Below, piece after piece: positions 22,401 to 31,789 of a stretch of 32,840 bases of DNA. This DNA comes from Sphacelaria rigidula. Its lineage: Eukaryota. The notes beneath the pieces were generated by a model. The model saw only the letters and a list, made by a program, of their open reading frames with translations, was not told the DNA's origin and made no database searches. The stretch spans positions 1 through 32,840 of the forward strand of contig CAXNAA020000036.1 in the NCBI GenBank assembly GCA_964200075.2. The letters are read 5' to 3'. Positions within the stretch are counted from its first letter, which is position 1; each line of letters begins with the position of its first letter. Both the position numbers and the translations under genes were made by a program.

Positions 22401-24570
22401 AGTACGGTTAAATTAAGTCGCTCATGACAAAACACACATGTAGGTATGTTTACATATATACATACGAACGTTTGATGAGAGATGTGTCGGTTCAAGACTT
22501 CAAGAGTCTTAAACCGTCACAGGGAGGAGGCTGACCAGATTTTGTCATGAAAATTGTCCTATCGGGTAATTGCCTTGTCTGACCACTTAAATGCCACAGC
22601 AACGTGGGTAGGGATACCATTGTAACACCAACACAGCGCATCATTTTCTAGCGATACTACGCTGAAGAACAGTGCGACTGCTGCTGCTCCAAGGAATGTC
22701 TCCTACCTCCTTGCTGTACTGCACGCCGTAGAAGGCGTTGGTTGGGTCGGCCTCGCAAATGGTCTTGCAGCTCTGTTGAAATCCGAACAGCGGTCATCCC
22801 CACCGCGGAAATAGGCGAACGGGGTGAGTGGCACAACACGAATAAACGGGAAAAATGACGGCGGGGATATAACCAAAAGCTTCACACGGCAAGACATAGC
22901 AGCACTAAGGGCGTCCACTCGCGCGTGGGGCTTGAAAGGGAGCGGAGGTACACCGACACAGACAAGGATATTTTTCACGTAAAGCCCACTTGCATTGCTG
23001 AACATTTCACGGTGGCGAATGAACGATACCGAACACTTCTGAATTGGAATTTCACCGCAAACGTCAAACAGCAATACTCCCGCAATAACTGTTTCAGTGA
23101 TCAAATCAGGTATATGGAACAACTCAACATACTTCTCATTCTTGTTTGCCCATTTCATGACTTCAAGAGATTCGTGGTTTCATCGAAGGCCAATGCGTCA
23201 AGGGCAAACTGGCTCCATTAACATGTACGTGGCGGTCATTTCCAATCTTCCTCCCTTCCATTTCCCACCCTACATACCGCAATGGTCAGACCGCCGACGT
23301 TGTTGTTGGCATCGGGAAGGATGCGGGCGTTTTGTTTGTCGGCGTAGCATACACCATCGCCAGATGGAGGTTCCATGGGAGGGGGCGTTGGTGTTGGCCC
23401 CGATCCGCCGGTGGTGTATTCGAAAACCTGCACCAGTTATGAATGTTTTGATTTATTTCCAGGGAGTCGTAGAGTCAGCATCTGTGGTGTATCTCAGCAA
23501 GGTATCGTAATACCGCATGGCTTACTACTTCGAGCTGGGCATCATCAGCAGCCCAGATAGTACAACCTCTGCGTTCTTTAGTCTATGCGTATCGCATCGA
23601 AAATAGACTTCATTTTCTCCTCAACACTTGCAAGTCCGCGACTCCCACGGGATACCCACCTCAAAGTGGGTCAAAATCATATTTCATTTCGTGCGAGTTA
23701 TAGTTCTCACCTGTATGGCGTTGGATCCACCGCAGTCTTCCGCAGGGGAGCCCGTGCAGGCCTTGGTGCAGCTGGATTGAGGAAGGCTGCCCAACCCGGC
23801 GTAGTCCGCCCCTGGGACACCGCACCAGCATTCCGAGCCGTACTGCAGTCCGAAGTACTGATACGTACCTTGTGCGTTGCAGAAATCAAAGCAAAACTGT
23901 CCAACGGAGAGAAGAGAGGGAGGTGTGACGGGATTGCGAAAATATCCAACCACCCAGTTTGACAATATGGGGTGTGGTTTGACACCATTAACACCCAAGA
24001 CTAATGCTACGATAGCCCCTCCCCCCCCCCCCCTCCCCCGAAACAAAATGCGGCTGGTTAAGGGAGGCGAAGTCTAGACGTGAATCGAAATGACAAAAGC
24101 CGAGAACAACGAGCAGCTTGGAATTCCCACGCTTAGGATCGTTTTCGCCAATGTTGCCCCGATGAGGCGCTCCATACGACCTGACACCAAGCATCATGCG
24201 CTGTGTAGTCACTTTCTTCGTGACACGTTTGGGCTGATTTTTTGGGGGGTTATCATAGGATTAGTCTCAAGGATGCGGTTCCGTCCTCCGTTTCCGGAGA
24301 CGGTAACTCCCGAAGATGGGTACTCCGTTACCCGTAGTTGTCGAACAGCCCACGTCGGGTATGGGGGAATGCATCGTTTTGAAGGTTGTCTTCCTCTGCC
24401 CACCACGAGCTACATTTGTGGGGAAATGATATTTCAATCCTTGTAGCCAGACACGTGGATGTTATGTTCACCTGCCGATTATTGTCGGGGCTGCCCTTAA
24501 TTCCCAGCTCGAAGCGGCGAGCGCTTTGTGAGTCTGCGTAACATCCCAAATCCGTTGAGTCGGTTGCTGC
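7197..24570 (-). CDS. Multi-exon gene: 3x WSC domain + Agd3-like (CE18) polysaccharide deacetylase, probably secreted; 5' end uncertain
   Basis: Hand-spliced exons (plus-strand coordinates, in gene order): 24472-24570, 23711-23896, 23278-23427, 22707-22772, 22016-22145, 21254-21372, 19963-20028, 19316-19445, 18600-18697, 18250-18315, 17298-17565, 16817-16940, 15427-15613, 15016-15108, 14504-14626, 13776-13848, 12949-13155, 10872-11090, 10519-10586, 10148-10228, 9824-9951, 9486-9612, 8743-8922, 8252-8361, 7197-7431. All introns are GT-AG and all phases match. Total 3333 nt, open to the TGA at 7197-7199. Start not resolved: there is an in-frame ATG at 24672, or a further upstream exon may exist. 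Confidence 0.88.
7497..7770 (+). repeat. Intronic dispersed repeat, family B copy A (internally deleted)
   Basis: Shares GAGCACG.CGAGTTTTCG.CGGACCAGG, AGTCGCATGAAG..TGAGCTGCA.CCTGC.AAGATTG and CCAAC..ACGCCAAC with the copies at 12147-12603 and 20312-20754. Confidence 0.8.
8252..15108 (-). CDS. Agd3/CE18-like deacetylase catalytic domain and C-terminal beta region
   Basis: Motifs in order: GERRFYLGATVDDLFL (DD); EYAFNGAG; SHTLTH (HxxxH); SPGITGLFN..GDNT.P; NGHAGMQIVPRYATFVYYNC (Arg); RYMLMGRRDKYMFHQAN (His); FPVKSVKFDDL; ETYGSD. The order matches Aspergillus Agd3. Confidence 0.85.
9047..9293. mobile_element. MITE, same family as 1018-1209, full length, intronic
   Basis: GAGGCATCCTACGATAGGG...CCCTATCGTAGGATGACTC, with TSD ATTG at 9043-9046 and 9294-9297. 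Confidence 0.9.
11346..11549. mobile_element. MITE, same family as 1018-1209, right end degenerate, intronic
   Basis: GAGTCATGCTACGATAGGGGG..GGTATTTTGGGCC..CGTCGTTGAAAGCAGCAA..GTTGTTCGAAC..CCAAATACAAGCGCA. Confidence 0.8.
12147..12603 (+). repeat. Intronic dispersed repeat, family B copy B (segment order permuted)
   Basis: The body matches 7570-7770 and the reverse complement of 20312-20690. The 'head' segment lies at 12558-12603, after the tail. Confidence 0.78.
15427..18697 (-). CDS. Pro/Ser linker + N-terminal (CBM87-like) region of the Agd3-like module
   Basis: Exons encode VYVDLLPCILTP..EIFYKGY..IIIV..QFAALSEYSATFKARIVYFDV..GLEELHVFFS..HHIVEWATKGVFL. This resembles the region preceding the Agd3 catalytic domain (..Y...F.VR.V..DV; E.M..F; H....W.T.G.Y). 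The similarity is recalled, not computed. Confidence 0.7.
16252..16445. mobile_element. MITE, same family as 1018-1209, internally deleted, intronic
   Basis: AAGTCATCCTACGATGGGG...CCCCATCGTAGGACGACTC. No clean TSD. Confidence 0.85.
19316..21372 (-). CDS. Pro-rich linker + WSC domain 3 (exons 21254-21372, 19963-20028, 19316-19445)
   Basis: GDCYADVQVDRIF...MTPE|SCKALCADDSTNTYSGVQYGNE|CWCGPASS...CNRACSGDANVICGGINAMNIY. Confidence 0.93.
20312..20754 (-). repeat. Intronic dispersed repeat, family B copy C (inverted)
   Basis: The reverse complement reads TAGTCATAAGA..TCGCATCCCTGCAAAGTCGGGGCGGAGCACGCCGGACCAGG...GCCAACCGACGCCAACCCC. Confidence 0.78.
22016..23427 (-). CDS. Pro-rich linker + WSC domain 2 (exons 23278-23427, 22707-22772, 22016-22145)
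   Basis: GVCYADKQNARIL...LTIA|SCKTICEADPTNAFYGVQYSKE|CWCGPDSS...CTMPCSGNANEICGGSNAMNIY. Confidence 0.93.
23463..23590 (+). pseudogene. Inverted, degenerate WSC N-terminal coding segment inside intron 23428-23710
   Basis: Plus-strand translation ..YLSKVS*YRMAYYFELGIISSPDSTTSAFFSLC aligns without gaps to WSC1 DLGCYADSQSARRFELGIKGSPDNNRQFCFDFC. The 12-mer CTTCGAGCTGGG is identical. It is preceded by the acceptor-like TTTTGATTTATTTCCAG. Confidence 0.55.
23711..24570 (-). CDS. WSC domain 1 (exons 24472-24570, 23711-23896)
   Basis: DLGCYADSQSARRF...NNRQ|FCFDFCNAQGTYQYFGLQYGSECWCG...CTKACTGSPAEDCGGSNAIQ shows the canonical 8-Cys WSC pattern. Confidence 0.93.
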
Positions 24571-24869
24571 CTGAGTGTCGGCAACAAAAATGCATGCAGC
24601 GAAAAGAGTGTCGGCGATGGGAACGAAGTACCGCAAAGACACGCATAATCTTTTCCAGTATTGCACTTGCATGGGACGTGCAGTTGTGTCAAAACCAACA
24701 TACTCTCAATCCTCAAAATCAAACATGCCCAACAACGAAACACGACAGGCATAGTTTTCAAGCGCATGGAAAACCAATTTGACCTCTTCACCGTCTAGGT
24801 GATGTTTTATCGACATCAGGTTCACTCGAAAATAATCGGGCGGCCCAGATGACTTACCCACGCGATCTA

Positions 24870-25037
24870 GGCCGTGTCTTATCGAGACCAAAAACGAGCA
24901 GGAAAAGAAACAAGCGCCCAAAAGCAGGATATTGAATGGTCGCGACAACAATGGATCCACCCAGCGATCAATCAACGCGCTGCTTTTGGATCCTGGTTCC
25001 CTTTCCGCATTTTGTTCGGTCTCGATAATTCACGGCC
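24870..25037. mobile_element. Fold-back MITE, GGCCGTG termini (PIF/Harbinger-like)
   Basis: GGCCGTGTCTTATCGAGACC ... GGTCTCGATAATTCACGGCC. The flanks CTA/TGA are not an exact TSD. Confidence 0.75.
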
Positions 25038-25453
25038 TGAGGACCAAGCTCAGGTCATGTCCCATTTTGTGCACTCGAGTGGTGCTACGGTGGGGGCGCA
25101 TAATTTGTTCTCGAGGCTCTGCAATGCAGGGGACTCTCGATGAAGAACACCTGGGCCTTCGTGTACTTTGGAGCAATAAGTGCACCCCTACGGCAGAATA
25201 CCTAACTCATGCCGTGGGTGTCTTGTGTGTTTGCTCGGGCTGAGTTGTGTAAGTACATTGTGGTTCAGTCATGCGTGTCAGTCTCACGCCAGGATCGGTT
25301 TCCACACCTGTTTCCGACCGCGTATAATACAGAAAGAATCACCCTTCTTCCAAGAAAACCGGTTGCGTGAATCCTCGTAAGGACCCAGAGTGATGGTTGC
25401 GGGGAGGCAAGCTGCACTAGCAGGATATGTTGTCTTGCTTCGTTATTTTGTCA

Positions 25454-25817
25454 GGCCGTGTCTTATCAAACTGTTTTCGTGTCGAAAACGTGCGGTCGAA
25501 TCGGATTCGCTCGTTTCTGATTCGTCCACGCTACTGATTTTCCGAGATGGTTGAGAACATGAATGCCGTGGACGTATCGGGCACGAGCAAGTTTGATTCC
25601 ACCGTACGTTTTCGAGTCAAAAACAAGACACGGCCTCATGTCAAATTGTTTTCGACTCGAAAAGTACGGTGGAATCAAACTTTCTCGTACTTGATACGTC
25701 CACGGCATCCATGTTCTTAACCATCTGATAATATGAACAGCGTGGACGAATCAGAAACGAGCGAATTCGATTCGACCGCACGTTTTCGATACGAAATATT
25801 TTCGATAAGACACGGCC
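25454..25817. mobile_element. Fold-back MITE (364 bp) with 3-bp TSD TCA, PIF/Harbinger (Tourist)-like
   Basis: GGCCGTGTCTTATC...GATAAGACACGGCC with inverted arms of about 170 bp. TCA at 25451-25453 and 25818-25820. Confidence 0.9.
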
Positions 25818-25995
25818 TCACAACCTACAGCCTTCCTGAATATCCCAGAGAACCCGTGTGAAAAATTTCAGGATTCCACTTGAAACAATGGTGTGAAGGA
25901 TCGCTGTGGAACAAATTCCAGTCTCTCACCCTGAGCTAGCCTGTATGATTGTCATTAGTGTTAGTGTTGTAATGCCTCGGAGGACGGCGCGCTTA

Positions 25996-26181
25996 GGCCG
26001 TGTCTTAGATCAATTTTTGATCGAAAAAGTGCGATGGAAAACAAATATTTCGATCTGCTAGGTTGTGATTTCAACCATCTTCAATGTAGACTACGATAGT
26101 TGGAATCACGACCCATCACATGAGAGTTTTACATTCCCACTGCACATTGTCGATCCGAAAATATTGTGCCAAGACACGCCC
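25996..26181. mobile_element. Older fold-back MITE with related termini
   Basis: TTA|GGCCGTGTCTT ... AAGACACGCCC, with an internal inverted pair GGTTGTGATTTCAACCATC / GATAGTTGGAATCACGACC. Confidence 0.6.
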
Positions 26182-26263
26182 GAAGGGGACCGAATCGTAG
26201 TTCGAAACACCTCAGGATCGACATTTTTCAAAACCAATCGGACCAGTCCCCGCAAGGACCACG

Positions 26264-26297
26264 CCCTAACCCTGACCCCAAACCTAACCCTTACCCT
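26264..26297 (+). repeat. Short degenerate (CCCTAA)n telomere-like tract
   Basis: CCCTAA CCCTGA CCCCAA ACCTAA CCCTTA CCCT. Confidence 0.65.
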
Positions 26298-26639
26298 TGG
26301 CATGTTCAAATTCCGATGCGGTCCTCTCACGCATTACAGCGGTGCCCGAAGCACGCCGTCTTCCCACGCATCACAATTATATCAGAGGTATCTCTAACTC
26401 GAGTCCCCCGGTATATTTCACAGCAAATTGTCATCATTTGATTATATATGCGCACGTTGGTCCGTTTTCTCGAACTCCTGTTCACATTCACAGGCTCGCC
26501 TTTCCAGTACCTGCAATGCTATTCTTTACACGAGACTATTCTCATTCCTCCTTCTGAGACCTTCGGATTTCCGATTCTCTAGGTTCTCACTCTCGGCCAA
26601 ATGCTAGGCTCTTGATCTGGCGAAAACCCTGTTCTTGCT

Positions 26640-29300
26640 TTACTCGTTCATCCCAGTATGTCGATTGTTCATATGCTGGTGTTGTTTAAGATGAAGCAAC
26701 GAAATGCGTGTGTTCTGAAACTTCGGGGCAGTGGAGGGATCATCTCCAGCCCAGGAATTACGGGCAGTCTCCACTTTTGTTTCATGTCGCAGAATGACTT
26801 TTTTTGTGCTGTGAAACGCATTCCCAAACACGTTGTCTATATTTCTGGCAATGCAGCGCCGGATTTGTGCCGGGGTGGACGGCTTGACAGATTGTGACAC
26901 CCAAAACAAATTCGCCGCACGCCACAAGAGAATTTATCGCAACTTACCTATATTACTTCTTGTGCGCCCAGTTGCAGACTCGCGATTTCTCAAACAACCC
27001 CACGTCGGGCTTCTCCCACATTTGAATCTGTTTCTCGGAAGAACTCGAAAGGCTAGGGTTAAATGAAAACTTCGCGGACAAGCCGAATATGAAACTGGGT
27101 CAACGAAAGATCGGCAAAATGCCGTGAAATTATCGAAGAGAGTAGAATACATCTTTCGGCGGAGGCAAAATGCGCCAAGCCGGGTCTTCTAAATAACGGC
27201 GAAAATCGGCGCTGAGTTATCAAAATCAGTCAATTCTTGAAAGTATTTCTCCACTTCCATGATCAAGGCCCAATATATACTTGCGTCCGTTTCTCCGATG
27301 GTTTCACATACATAACTATCTGAACGTTTCGTATGTATATATATCGAGTATTAATATAAATGTGACACTACCCAACACCCCCTCCTTCGAGAAGAGTGCT
27401 GGTCGAGCCCACGAGACTATCGGGGTATCTAAACATAATCGAACAACGATGACCCGCATAAATCGACAACGGAAATAGGGAGCCAAGTCCTCGAAAATCG
27501 TTCCTCACGAGGACGCATCTCAAACTCGGGGTTGCTTCAGGAACGTAGTCCACGTCAGAGGAGGTACCTCAAATTCGAAATTCTCCACATTCATCACTGT
27601 GAACTACTGTGGAATATGTTGGGAATCCCGAATTGGAGATACCTCTTGAAACATTTGTCCATGAGGTCCGAAGCGTGTCATAGTTCTTATGGTCATATCA
27701 GGGAACCATGCACCAGAAACGTAATCGTCATCCGCGCTGCCCGTGTGATCAGGCATGGGCCGCAGTTACAGTAGCCCCATTCCCTCCCCTCTTGCTCGGC
27801 TAGCAGCGTGGATATCTCTTCTTTGTTTATATGTGATGTATATATACTGTATGCTACACAAACCAGAAAAGGCAGACAGAGGTTTTCACACTCACGGCGT
27901 TGTAATGTTCCATTCACGCGACTTATTGACCACGTAGCCACCGGTGGAAATATTTTATGAACTTTACATGAAAATTCAGACGTTGAAAGGGCTCAAGTGT
28001 TACAAGTAAGTGCTCCGATCGTGAGGAGCACGCGTTTTCCTCAAATTGGCGCATTGACGCAATGGGCGTCCATTCTACTTCAGCCAACGCACACTTTGCT
28101 CATAAGACCACCGTCGTCCATATCTCATGAATATTCGAATCTTCCCCTCTAGTCCTCCTTTTGTCTCCCAAGTCTCCGAAATTTTCGGAATAACAATGAT
28201 CAAAATGTGAGAGCAGACTTATTTCCAACGTCACTCAGCAGATCAATGCCAACCAGAGCACAGATTTCGACGAAAAAATATCATGTCAGATGTGTTCTGA
28301 GCGACCCTTTCTTCTGACAAGTCGGAAATGCTTCCACTTTTTCGGCAAAAATCAAAAATATGTGCATCAATCGCGCCGTTAACCTTTAGACGATGAGAGT
28401 AGGTCATCTGTTGAATTGGCATCAGCTTCACTTGAAAAAGGTATGCGTGGTCGAGATGAACTACTTTCGCGGTCTGAAGGCCCGTTGAATGGTTTCTTAC
28501 GGTTAGTATATTGTGGGGGAACAATTTTTTACTCAAGGTGCTCGACAATTCTTTCGGCCCCCAACCAGGGAATGTCGGCATAACGCGCCCTGGAAAAAAG
28601 ACCTGTAGACTCCGCATTTTTGTCCCTGTATTTTTGTTCCGAGGCCGTGCTCGAAACCTGGGAGCCACGCGATCCAAGATAGGGGGCTAGTTTCCTTTCG
28701 ACTGGGTGGCGCAGCGTGCCAAAACGTGCGATCGCGATTTTCCCATTTTGGGGGGCGAAACCCGAGTAAAAACTCTTCAAAGTGGAAACTGCGTCCACCG
28801 CCCCCCCGCTCAAAACAAAGTCAACCGCAAGGAATGATCTCACCCCCGGCATACTTAGCGATGCCTTCGGGTGGGGTTACGGTTAAGGTTACCGCACATG
28901 CAGAATCGGTGGGTGGCCGTACTATTACGAACTCGGATAAACCTGCCTCGGTCGGTTTCTGCGCGTTGTTCCGAAAGCCATGCAAGAGTTTCTCGTCCCT
29001 CGATACTCGTCCCTTCAGTTCCTGTACTTGTGGCGCAAAGTAGGTCTTCAGACACGTGGACCGATGGTGATGCGCCAAAGCACATGCACTAACAGTGGAA
29101 TCATTGTCTTTTTTGACGCGAACAACAGCTTCCCCAATATTCGGAAACATTGATCGTAAGTTGACTTTAGTGTGAACACCGTTATGCGCATCTTTGGAGG
29201 GGCTGGCAGTACCAAATGTTTTTAGCTCGTCCAGAATGCGTTTTGGTCCAAAATCTGCCAACGCACACTCTACCAAGGACATCCGTGTCCGGAGATTCCC
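26640..29300 (-). pseudogene. Highly decayed coding-like region, possibly a KDZ (Kyakuja-Dileera-Zisupton) transposase relic
   Basis: Chain of short broken minus-strand ORFs. Between 27370 and 27760, frameshifted fragments DDDYVSGAWFP, CFKRY..PNIF/TVV and AGHRCSIMFRYPDSLVGSTS recall the KDZ core order. Weak, from memory only. Confidence 0.3.
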
Positions 29301-31411
29301 CTATGCCTTGGTCAGGATCAGGGTTGGCATCTCATCTATCCTATCAACAATTGTTTCCGACTATTTCGTAATCAGCCGTCGACGCGAAACCCGAGCTTGG
29401 TGCCGAGAAATGTACTTACATAAACTACCTCTTCTGCGGAGAGTTTCCCTTTCTGCTCATCGCGCATCATGGCTAATATGGACAATTCTCCGACGATCTC
29501 TGAGAGGACAACAAGGAGAACCAGTCAAAGTAAAGTCAACAACCATGTAATTTTACCTCCCCAACTGCACTCTCGCAAAACCAGTCTCAATTTTTTGTAG
29601 TAAAATCACGTTCAATGTTTTGTGCCCTGTTGTTCGTCGCCACCTCCCCACAGGATATCAGCCCCGCACACGAGCACTGCACAGCATGTTGTACCACTCT
29701 ACGCTCAATGTTTTCTCACCGTCTGAAGCAACCGCCCTGGCGCAAAATGTGCTCCCCTCATGCTGCGGCCCGTCACTGCATCACATGTACATATTGACGC
29801 TGAAGCCGTCGCGAATGCGACTGCTGTGTGCCGTCCCCACCTCATGGCTTCTATGAACCGCAAACAACCAAGACTCCCTGTCTGCCTCCCGTAGCTTGGA
29901 AGGGGGGAGCTGCTTGTAGTGTGACACGAAGATAGTGTGATGAGAAATTAGGCTGTTCTCGTGACACCAGTTGATGCAAGCGTGTGCCTGGCGCGCGTTG
30001 AAATCACGAGGCGCGAAGTGGTGCAGTGAACGGGGGTGCGGAGGTGCACGCGGAAATGAGATGAAGGTTTGGATCTTTCCGAATAGAACTCCAGACTCCG
30101 GGATTCCACATCCATCACCGAGGAAAACTCTCGGATTCTCAACACGTTCGAATGGGCGAGGATGGGAGAACCCAGAGCCCAGAGCGGAGTATTTATGTGC
30201 ATCTGGCCTGCAGGAGCATGATCGATGATCAACCGAGCGATGTCTCGACAATTGCGGACATACACACAGCATTGACACCCAAGGCATAATGCCTACACAT
30301 CCATAGATTGGCTGAGGCTGGAACTTTAACCCTCAGACCGCGAGGTTAGTCTTCTGTTAAATCGGCATCAATTTCAAGTGAAAAAACATATGCATGATCC
30401 AGAAAGACTAATCTCGCGGTCTAAGGGTTACGATGTGGTGGTTCAGTCGAATGCGCTTGGTTCTTAGGAATCCGTGCCGGGCGTGTATCAAAGGACGTGT
30501 TGTGCGAACATTTAACGAACGTCGTGAGGTATACCAGCCCCGACGTGCACAGTTTTTCTCCTCTCAGGAGGAGTCGGCTTGACGGAGATACTGGAGACAA
30601 CCGCCAAAACTGAGTGACAAATACAAGTACTTGTTTTTGTTGAACCGAAAGTCTACCTCTTTTACGCTCACGCGTCTGGAATCCAGATAACAGGTTCCTG
30701 GATAGCCCGTGCTGCGGTAAATGCAGCAATACTGGTCTATCGCAGCTCACTTGTCGACAGATGCGTGTGTCGCATTTGCAGCGGTCAGCACCGCGATGAC
30801 GTTTTTACGGTGCAGGGTGATCGACATCGGTTTTCGGATTGCGGCACGTACGTGTCGTTACTGTGTCGGCTGTTTTCGATTATCAAGTTTTTCAGAGTCA
30901 AGCTGTATTGACTACTCGTAGGTAGTGCCGACGCTGTCTAGAACTTAGATAAGTCTTGAGATAACTCCTGCTGTTGTTACTTCAGCGACACCAGCCTGTG
31001 CCTGCTACGCTGTCTACATACACATGCATGCATGTGTTCCATTCGCAGTGATCAGCATCTGTGGCGTTTTTGCGTTGCGGGGTGATAACAGTGTGTCAGG
31101 TCACGCTTGATTTCTCCGCAAAGACAGAACATGTGGGGATCCAGATGGATCCGTGCACAGCTCCTCCCGCTATCGGGAAGGTGGCGACATCACTCCGTCT
31201 CGGAAACACTTTTTATAGACGTGTGTGTCCCGGCTGAGTAGTCAACGCAGACGGTTATTCGGGGTCGCGGGGTGACTCGAGATGGTCCGGGCTGGCACGC
31301 AACATGTCAGCTGTGCTTGGCCGTCGAGTGCGCGTTCGAGAGCATCGCGATATCCGGCACGGACAGCAAAAATGATTCCGAGATAAGATTTTGTCCACAG
31401 CGACCAACAAT

Positions 31412-31789
31412 AACTGACCTCTATACCCATTTTTTTCCAGTTCAACCAACCATGAACTACGAGACTCCAACCGACCTCAAAGCTGTGCTCACTTGCCCTC
31501 AAGGTAAACTCAATAATCGTGTTCGTTTAGTGTGATGTATGCTTGTTTTGTTCTTGATCCGCCAAGAAGTGATGGCAAAAGTTGCAATGAAATGTTTTAA
31601 TTAACTTTGATCCGTCGAGAGATCTTGGCGGATCAAAAACAAAACAAGCATACATCACACTTGAATAAGAGCTATGCGGATACGATTATTGAGTTTACCT
31701 TGAGGGCAAGGGAGCGCAGCTTTGAGGTCGGTTGGAGTCTCGTAGTTTATGGTTGTTTGAACTGAATAAAATGGGTGTGGATATCAGTT
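31412..31789. repeat. Long inverted repeat / fold-back element (arms about 155-165 bp, loop about 55 bp)
   Basis: 31412-31567 is the near reverse complement of 31623-31789, e.g. AACTACGAGACTCCAACCGACCTCAAAGCTG vs CAGCTTTGAGGTCGGTTGGAGTCTCGTAGTT. Confidence 0.9.

Noticed and set aside
24706-24975. Hydrophobic ORF (NILLLGACFFSCSFLVSI) as the signal-peptide exon
   Set aside because: The hydrophobic stretch lies inside the 24870-25037 MITE and there is an in-frame TGA just upstream with no ATG between. Not supportable without transcripts.
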